DNA of 60,560 nucleotides, counting the filler, from Platydemus manokwari (taxonomy: Eukaryota): the NCBI GenBank assembly GCA_037951405.1. It is 5 parts of 5 records of this genome, joined end to end, with 100 filler letters (N's around TTAATTAATTAA, not from the genome) between each part and the next. Parts side by side here need not be neighbours in the genome. Positions count along the whole stretch, not along the records: positions 50,525 to 60,560 come from JBBMOY011176322.1; 4 more parts are not named here. One strand, 5' to 3'. Shown here one piece after another: positions 51,179 through 60,560 of the stretch (the first letter of the stretch is position 1; each line of letters begins with the position of its first letter). The position numbers were made by a program, and so were the translations under genes. The notes beneath the pieces were generated by a model. The model was not told the origin of the DNA. It saw only the letters and a program-made list of their open reading frames with translations, and made no database searches.

Positions 51179-53323
51179 TTATCGACAATTGGAAATTAAC
51201 AAAGGATGCAACTGATTCGATATTTCTATAAAATTTTTCTCCAATTCTTTCTGATATTCCTGTTGATCTGGAGTGATTAGAGATTTGTTTCTCGTGAGAC
51301 CTTCTTCACACCTGAAATATTTTCAGATTTATTTTTTTAGTTCACAGAAATCATTTGTCAACGAGTACAAAAGAAAACGCATTAATTATTCAATCGATAA
51401 ATAATTGTGTTGTCAATAAATTTAATGGTTTTTCATTGAATTATTATATTAAATTGAAAAGCAAACTTAACTTTATAAGTGGAGATAATGGTTAATGGAT
51501 TTAAACCTACTGAGAAGAAACAAAAATATAAAAATTGGCAAGGGAAATAGTTGCACACACAGACAAAAGAAATTGCTGTCATAGACGAGATTTTAATGAA
51601 AACATAAAATGTATTTTATAAATAAAATGTTTTTTTGAAATCAGAATTGTTCATTTCTTTGAGATAATCAATAAAACCTGGTACGTATTCGATGTTGTTA
51701 AATTTACTGACTTCTTGATAATATTTAGATATCTAGAGATGCATTACATAAGTGTTTAACAAGTTCTGGTATCATTGAATTCTAACAATACCTTATCCAT
51801 GTGAGGATTAATTTAAATTAACTAATAATAATTTACAAATTATTATTTTAAATAATAATTTTAAATAATGGATTTAAAAAACTAGTTTAAATAAAAATTT
51901 TAATAAAACTTTTTAATTACAGTTTGAGATAATAAATTAAAAAAAATCATAATAATGACTTCTTTTGTCGAAACATCAATTGTAAGTGAATTAGCCGCTA
52001 CTAACAATCTACTTGCATATTTCAGATCAGAATTCTTTTTTTCATTCCCCACCCCTTTTTTAAATCTGATCAAGCTCATCATCAGTCATCTATTTCTTAC
52101 ATTTATAGATTGATTTATTTTTAAAAGTCCTGATTTCTTTCCTAATATCAGGTTTATTGGCAAAAGCAACAATTCCGTGTTTATTTGAAAGTATCTAAGA
52201 TCAATTCGTGGATTAATTTGACAGCTTTTGATTTCTTAATGTTTCAAATAAGACAGGAATTTATAATACTTCAATGAATTCTTTGAAATGAAAAATTATA
52301 TCACATAGGTACTCGTTATAGGTAAAAGATTTATTTTAATAAGTTAAACGTGCGACCGATGGGCAGCAACTTGAGACTATTTGTCTGTTACTAAAAGGTT
52401 TCATAATTTGGCATTGGAGCACATTTCGAAAATTCCATTCCGCATAAATACGTTACAATCTATAGGAGCAATACCTACATTGGTTTGATTGGTAAAACAC
52501 TCATTTCGATTCTATCAAAACAGAAAATATATTCTGTTTAAAATCAATTGATGCAAAGCGTAAAAATTCCAACCAATCAAATTTAAATATTTCAAGAAAT
52601 CGCCACTTGTTGCCGAATGGATTGATTATTAAATTTTTCACTTTATTTAAATATTGATCAAAAAATATTATAGCTAATTAACCTTCGTAAAAATTCCTTG
52701 AAGCAAAGTCTCAACTTGTTATAATGCGCGCCATTGAGTGTGACATTAGTGGACAAAAAGGAAGTAGCCAGTTCAACAGGTCCTTGGTTAACAGTAGTTC
52801 CAAGTGATCCCTGAAAATAATTCGATAACTTAATTAGATCTATAAAGATTATTAAAATTACCTGCAACATCATCTGCAGATATTTAACATCAATCGGATT
52901 CTTCGATAACACCCATGATAATTGGTCGACTTTACGACTCAGATCTTCCAAAGCAACTTCAATAGGAGTCAATTCGATTTGATATTTGCGAACGACACGG
53001 ATTCTGGTTTTTATATAAGGGAAAGCTTTTTCGATAGTGAGAATAGTTTTTCTTTTGTATTGATCTTTCAGTTCTCCATGTGCTTTGCCATCAAGCGTAT
53101 ATGGTGTTGAAAAAACAAAATTTTCTGGAAATAATTCAAGACAATTCTTTTACATTCCTTCATAATTAATTTTAACATTTTATAATACAGTCAAATTAGC
53201 TTAATATCATTATGGTCAAAATTGCACACCCCTTTTGCTTAATTAATATTGTCAATCGATTTCATTTTTTTATTGAGTAAAAGATCGATATTGGTTATTA
53301 ATATATAATAATAATTATTATTG

Positions 53324-53381
<58 letters not shown>

Positions 53382-56300
53382 CTCTCGATGTATCATTTCA
53401 TGACCATGATAATAATATCCTAAAAATGATCAATTAAAAGAAACTCCACCAGATACCACTTCATATAATCCTTTAAAGATATAAATATCCGTTATCCTAA
53501 TTTATTCAGTATATAGATTGAATGTGTTAGTTCGAGTCTGAAACTTAATAGCTTGAAATTTAACTTTATGAGATGCACCCAAACATTTGACAAACCTATT
53601 AATGCTAGTAAACTAAAGTCTCGAAACCAATCCTATAAATAAGTGTTTTAACCAAGCAGAAATATTATTAAATATAAAGCAATAATAATGATAATGATAA
53701 TAATCAATATCAGAAAAAATTCATTTCGATTAATTATCAATAAACAACATATTGAAAATCAAAGACTTTAATATATCAAGTAAATATCATGAGCAGCTAA
53801 CTTACTCAAATTATAGTTTTGATCAAACACACTTCTTCTACGTCGTAATTCAGACATTTCAAAATACGGTTCTACGAATGTGATTTGAATGAACATCTAT
53901 ACCAATGAAATAAAGAGATAACATTAAAGATTTATTCATTCACCTTGTCTTTGTCCAACGCGTCCTGATTTACAACATTGGAATCTTTAAGAATACTAAC
54001 TTTGTCTTTACCAAATCGTGACGAATAGAACGTCTGAACAGTTGACATGAAATGAATCTTATCGATCGCTATTTATTAATATTAACCTCAAATTTGTTGG
54101 ATATCTCTGGTAATTTGGTGTATGGTGGCTCTTTATAAATATATTCCTGATTATTCAATTCTTTAAAACCTTCACCATAAAATCCCACCCGGAAAAATGC
54201 TGCAAATATTCGTTTATCCACCTATAAATAAATATATAATCGATAACAAATAACTGTGAATATAATGAAACATATTTTATAAAAGGGAAATATCTTTTGA
54301 AATAATTACAAATAGAGTGACAGTAATTCGGTGTGTTGTACTGAGATTTGGAAAATAAACAGTATAGAATTTGTAATACGAGAATCAGTTTTGATTATAT
54401 TTTCAAACATTTCTGAATAAATCTCACAGGGAATAAGGTAAAAATTATAATTTTTTTATTGATAAGCATTTTACATACATATTTTATTCAACACACATGT
54501 TCATCATGTTAAAAATGCTGATAGAATTTGAGTGAAATAGAGCCTGTGTTCAATGAGTCTCAGATAATGTTCTTATTTCAGTAGTAGATACTAAAAATAG
54601 ATAAATATTTATTATATTTTTTTAATGGCCAATAATTTGATCTTATGGTAGAGAACTAATGTGCATACCCCATACCAATCAACTTCAAGTGTAATTAATG
54701 AGCACAATAAATGCAGATTTTTATGCTCACAAACAGAACTGGAGAGCCAGAGCCAATAAAATTGAACAAAAATATTCAGAGTCGAAACCACAAAAATAGA
54801 AACAGCTCCAAATGAACATTAAAATGCCTATCATTTTATTGGATTTTAAATTTTAAATCGAATTATCTTCTTCGATAATGAATTTTGAAAAGATGAAGTC
54901 GATCATAAACCGAAAACAAGTTCTAAAGCATTTCAAATCATTATATAAATGAATACATGAATCCCTTTTAAGGTACTTTTATGTTTTTATTTAGGTAAGA
55001 ATTTTAACGTGTGACAAAAAATTTATGAAGGAAATTTAATTTAATTTAATGATGTCTTCATACAGGAACAAGATTCAAATCTATTTTGGCTTAGTTACAC
55101 AGTCCAATCCATAACTGTATATTATTAACAAAAATTATATCACCAAATCAGATTAGGAAAAGTTTAACATTGAATAGGAGGTCAGACCTGAATTAGTTTA
55201 TAAAACAATCTAATGTTATCAAAGCCCCATACTCCAATAGTTGTAAATGAAAAAAACTATAAATTGATTAAAATATATCTCGTATTGTTAACAATTAAAA
55301 CTTATCAAAAATCACATTATATTTCAATTAATTTTTTTTCTATTTTTTTCATGAATTTGATTTCTGAAAATATTCTCCTTGTTTAAAATAAATTTAACTT
55401 TTTCTCAAATCTTATCTTATCAAATTAAAAACATTTTGATACAGTGGTGTTATTTGTAACAATATATAAAAGAAAAAGTATCCAGAAAGAAAAAGTATCA
55501 AAGAAGAATAGAGAACCACTGATGTATACAAATAAATAACTGAAAATTTTCATTCAGATTGAAACACATGATATTATATCGATTCAATGATTTATTAAAA
55601 TCTTTCCCGCGCTTAACCTTATAAACCTTATAGAAATGGGCTTATTTCTTATCTTTCAATTTGATTGGTTAGAAATTCTATCAAATCGTTCGCCAGAGAT
55701 AATCAACACCAAGACCTCATAATAATAACATATCGAGCTTGATATAAGATATAAATATAGAATTTTACTCATTTCAGACCAAATAATAAGTTATTACTCA
55801 TAGAAGAGATTTCATGAATTTATATTTGATAATCACGATATTTTCAAGATGATTCATTGGTGCTGATTTATCATCAAATAATTGAATTAATATTCAATAA
55901 ACTTCTCAATTTATTTACATATTCATCAACACATTCATCATTGGAGTGGTGATAATTGACAAAATGTTCATTCCAATTGAAACAACAGTGATCTCAAATC
56001 ATTCTAATAGAACATCACAAAACATTGTTTCTGGAAAAGATCGCAACGAGAAATAAATGATAATAATAATAACTCATTACAATCATTAAATATTATAGAT
56101 CTTTATTCGCATGTTTCAATGGTTTAGTTCATATAATATAGAAATGAAATTGCTACAGCACATAATAAATGATCTCTAGACAAAATATCCCGATATATAT
56201 AATAGAGGGATTTCGATATAGAATATCAAATGAAAATTAATATTCATTAAAAAACTGATAATTATTTTCTTATCTTATCATATAAGATACTTATTTGACG

Positions 56301-59300
56301 AGAATATAGGATATTACGAGTGTATGCGATATTGAGTTTCCGCGATTAAATACATTGTATCAACTTTCGGCAAAATAACTGAGAATAATCCAATAACGGA
56401 TTTATATGACCTTTAAAATTCTCTTGTCTCTCCATATAGAATTGTATAAATTGTGTTTTATAAGTGAATATAATTTGAAATCAAATCCTTGCTACATTCC
56501 TGACATGATCGATAGCGGCAGAATTATCAGTAACCTATGCTTTTATGGTTATTTTCTTAATTATTTGATCTCAGAATCTAAAGGGGTTATTCACAATACA
56601 TTTATATTATGGAAAATTTTTTAACTTATAATAATAATAATAATTATTAAATAATAATAATTGTTATAAATGTGTTAAACTAACTATAATATTATTAGAG
56701 TAGTAATAATAATCACTACAAAATATTAAAAAATAATAAAATTAACAACAAAAATAAACTTAGTACAAGCAATAATAATATAATACTACTACTACTGATA
56801 CTACTACTACTAATAATAATAATAATAATAATTATTATTATTATTACTATTATTATCAGTTAAAATTTTTTCCATAATATAAATATTTTGTGAATAACCC
56901 TTTAGATTCTGAGATCAAATAATTAAGAAAATAACCATAAAGCATAGGTTACTGATAATTCTGCCGCGATCGATCATGTCAGGAATGTCGCAAGGATTAT
57001 ATTCACTTATAAAATACAATTTAGTTGAAATTATTGATTATAAGGAATTACTATATTTTCATAAATAGAATCTCGAATTTACTAGATCTCATAAACCAAT
57101 GAGTCCATTTAGTAATTCAGTACATTAATAATGATATGAATTGAATCTTAAACCAGCGGATGTACAGAAATAAACACTTGTAGTTTTTAATATCATCAAC
57201 ATTATAAGAGTGTGTATGGAAGATTTGGAAATCTCTTCAAACCAAATATAAATTGCTTAGAGAAATTATCAAACTTTCTAATTCCACAGAATATATCTCA
57301 ATAAATGACAAAGAAAGAACTTGAAAATTACAATCAATATAAAAGAATAAATATATCACATTAAAACGTAACCAAATCATTGAAACATAATATTATTGAA
57401 TTACATATGAGTTTAAGTTGATTAGTAGTGTAAGATAACACATAATTAATACAAATACTCACATTGGATTGAATACTATCATATGCTTCTTTAATATCAT
57501 TGTGAAATTTAGACAATCGAGCAAAATCTCGATGCTCTTCGAGAATTGGCAAAATAACTCTATACATCCTCGGTATTAATTCAAACATAAAAGCCTCCTT
57601 ATAACATTTGATGGCTTTACAAATCAATTTGATCAGACCATCTTGGGAGAATAATTCATCGCAACATACACCATCTTCATCGGGACCAACAACATCATCA
57701 CTAATTGCACTCTCTTCAAGAAGATTGGTACCAAGAGCTTCAGCAACTTGGACACATCCAACTGGCATATATGGTAAGGGTTCTTTCATTCCGAGATATT
57801 CCGCTACTATAGCAGCACAATGTGCCAAACACATTCCAGCTTCTGCTTTGTTTTTTAACTGAAATAAAACATAATTACTATTATCATTATAAGCTCAACA
57901 TTAATATATAATTACACCAATACTAATACTGGAAATAAAATCGATAAATCAAAGCCATGATAATAAATGATCTAAATGATCCTTTTGAACAATTTCAATT
58001 CTGAATTGCAAAGTATAACAACAGTCGTTTAAAAATAGCTGACATTATCAGATGCGGTAATTACGCAATCGGTATAACAATTAAAGAATATTTTTAGAAC
58101 ATATTGATCAACAAATTGATTGCATCACATACCTCTAAAGCTGATAGGGTCGAATAATAAGTGGTTATCATCAATTTAAAAAACACAAAAAGTTACAACT
58201 GTTATAGTACACTGATATTTGAGAGTAAATAAAGGAAAAATAGTGCCAATAATATTTGAGAGTTTGACAAAATATCCATCCTTTGAAAATGCATTTAAAA
58301 GTGTTATCAATTTTTGTATTCGATACAAAACTTTAACGAATTATTGGCCGCTAAGATAACCAACATGCACTTAATATGATTCTAAGTAGATTAATATTAG
58401 AAAAGAATATAATTACAGAATATATTACATGGAAATCGAGATTAAAAAACAATTTAAAAATAATAATAAAATCTAGAGAAAATCAACGATTTTAAAAAAT
58501 TGGGGTGTGAGAATTTCATGATCAAAGTTATATGATCATTAAAATATAAATAAATCGCAAATTAGATTTTGAGAATTCTGTAGTTTGGAAAACGTTGAAA
58601 TGTTATCATCAAATACAGACGTTTTTGGTGAACATCCTCAATTGTTATTCAAAACACCAATTTTACGAACTAGCAATAGCTAGCAATATTAAACTGCAAT
58701 GCGCACTATTTGATTCTGCAAAAACATAATCAGCACGTGATTTTATAAAGCAGTTCACCTTTTGGCGTCATAGCTCCACTCCAAGTACTTCCAAATTGAA
58801 AATAAAAGAAATTATAATATTGAACGAATTAATTTATTACGTATTACAAAGAACAGATCAAAATTCCCGAGAACTACGGTAATTTATTTCGAAGGCAAAA
58901 CATCTACTTTATCCAGAGAATAAGGATTGTATATTGACCAATGATATCAACGAAGAACATGGCCATTACAAACAGGTTATATAAACAACCATCTATTATC
59001 TATATTCTCATCAAATGACGTTAAGATAAAGCATTTATTATTATAAAAGTAAAGATAAAATTATGCTTTCTCCTTCAAATGTTGAAAATAATCTTAATAG
59101 AGTGAAAAATAATTCATCAATTCGATAAAATAACAATAAACCAGAAATCTTCCATTTAAAAATAATTAAATTAACGAATAAATCTCGCATTAAAAAAGAA
59201 TATAAAACAATTATGTGAGAAAAATTCCATACCATCGTTAATAATTCCATCGAGATATATAATTTATAAATTAGAGAGCAATTTCAAAAATATTTTATGG

Positions 59301-60517
59301 ATATCAATGATGTTAATATACTCAATTCATCGAACAGTATTTATCATTGATTTTTTCAAGACTGTGTAATCAGTGAGAGAATAAATCGATTATGATTCCA
59401 TAGTCTTTAGACTTCACACATAATTAAGAAGTTATTTCTCAGATTCTTAAAAAACATTTTCAATTGGATGTAGCTTATTTGGTTCTTCATTGAAAAGAAT
59501 AAATAACCAGACAAGTTTTAATAAAAATAAATTTATATCGAACAGATGATTATAAATCATATTCATCGCTTTTATTGTATTTTTTCAAAGAATAATCTTG
59601 GAAGGTTTGAGGAGAGGCATCGTTTGAAAGATGGATCATATCTTATATCAAAGACCTAAAGGACTCCCAACAATTACAAAATAGAATTATATTATAAATT
59701 ATATATTTATAATTATATATTATAAATTAAAAATCAAAACAACAACTTTTGCATGTTTTTGTGTCATTCGTTGGAGCCATGTCAATCGGAGATCTGGAGA
59801 ATTTTGATAACCCTTTGCAATACGACTCATTAAATCGATTTGCATCTCAGGATCATCTTCAAATTGTCTCATTTTTACTGTGTCAGCTAATATCGTATAC
59901 AGATTCTGCATGAGTTCTTCAACTTGATTTGCAAACGAAATATAATCCAAAGCGTCTCCATATTCAAGTGATTGATCGCCGTGAAGATCTCTTTCAACAG
60001 CTGTATAGGAAATAATGGTTCTTAAACTGGATTTCAGATTCAATTCTATAGTTCTCTTCAGTTGATTATCATCTCTATCCCATACCAGCTTGCTTAGAGC
60101 CATGGTGATTTGTAATTTAATCCGTGCAAAAGTCTGCAATAATGAACGTCAATGAATTGTAAAACGGGTGAAATACTCACATTATCCAATTGAAAGTTGT
60201 ATCGCATTAACATGTACAATGATGCCACCGCATGTGATCGAATCTCCTTTAGATTTGAACCCGCAAGTCGCAAGAGACTCTTACAAAGATCACCGCATAA
60301 ATATATAGCTTCATCAAATATGATTTTATAATACTATAAAACCCATCATTAATTCTTTCATGATGTTACATTCGAACGATACCTTCTTAATCAAAAGTCT
60401 TTGAAATGCTAAAATGCTCTGAACAGCTGCAACGCTTTGGTTCAAATGAAGAGCTTTGATGATCATTTTAAATATGTTTATAATTATAGGAGCAGAATGC
60501 TGACTGGATTCGAATAC
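51179..60517 (-). CDS. DOCK7: Dedicator of cytokinesis DOCK-C (DOCK6/7/8-like) Rac/Cdc42 GEF, 3' portion with DHR-2
   Basis: Spliced motifs: CGDLCKSLL...IRSHAVASLYMLMRYNF, FARIKLQITMALSKLV, RIAKGYQNSPDLRLTWLQ, AEAGMCLAHCAA, LLEESAISDDVV, FRVGFYG, YIYKEP, IQITFVEPYF, TPIEVALED, LQGSLGTTVNQGP, KLRLCFKEF, RNKSLITPDQQEYQKELEKN; stop at 51179. The gene continues beyond the window. The symbol denotes co-orthology to DOCK6/7/8. Confidence 0.93.
53313..53381. repeat. (ATT)n microsatellite
   Basis: Near-perfect ATT run in a DOCK intron. Confidence 0.9.
56447..57023. repeat. Long inverted repeat (arms about 56447-56626 and 56858-57023) around a (TAA/TAC)n spacer
   Basis: CATTCCTGACATGATCGATAGCGGCAGAATTATCAGTAACCTATGCTTT...GATCTCAGAATCTAAAGG is mirrored by CCTTTAGATTCTGAGATC...AAAGCATAGGTTACTGATAATTCTGCCGCGATCGATCATGTCAGGAATG. 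Confidence 0.95.
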
Positions 60518-60560
60518 CTATAAAAAAATAAAAAGAATAACACACACACGTGTATATATA

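Noticed and set aside
55442-55521. Tiny hAT MITE (CAGTGGT...ACCACTG)
   Set aside because: Only about 7 bp of terminal match and no matching 8-bp TSD.
52922-57862. Plus-strand ORFs at 52922, 56406 and 57608
   Set aside because: They are antisense to DOCK exons or lie within the inverted-repeat arm.

Overview
Very AT-rich eukaryotic DNA with many very short introns (about 40-55 nt). The gene content (apolipophorin, perlustrin-like protein, F-type lectin+PAN) suggests an invertebrate, probably a compact-genome lophotrochozoan; this is inference. Four identical 100-nt spacers (44 N + TTAATTAATTAA + 44 N) split the window into five contigs whose true adjacency is unproven. Contig 1 holds a 5'-truncated apolipophorin/large lipid transfer gene (-) with a 4.25-kb exon. 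Contig 2 holds complete HMGXB4 (+) and the 3' half of an OATP/SLCO transporter (-). Contig 3 holds a secreted F-type lectin+PAN gene with a decayed tandem copy, and a perlustrin/IGFBP-like gene with an inverted pseudogene copy. Contig 4 holds a convergent thioredoxin pair (canonical WCGPC and an atypical GDLHC copy) separated by mobile-element relics (Ulp1-like protease, hAT/Buster element), followed by an RLE-type non-LTR retrotransposon fragment. Contig 5 holds the 3' part of a DOCK6/7/8-type GEF (-) with a long intronic fold-back. Most of these genes are missed or fragmented in the ORF track and were rebuilt by manual splicing. I found no convincing wholly new multi-gene system. The best leads are the DxxC thioredoxin paralog, the truncated perlustrin-like gene with its chimeric inverted copy, the F-lectin, possible Polinton/adintovirus protease relics and the intronic hairpin.
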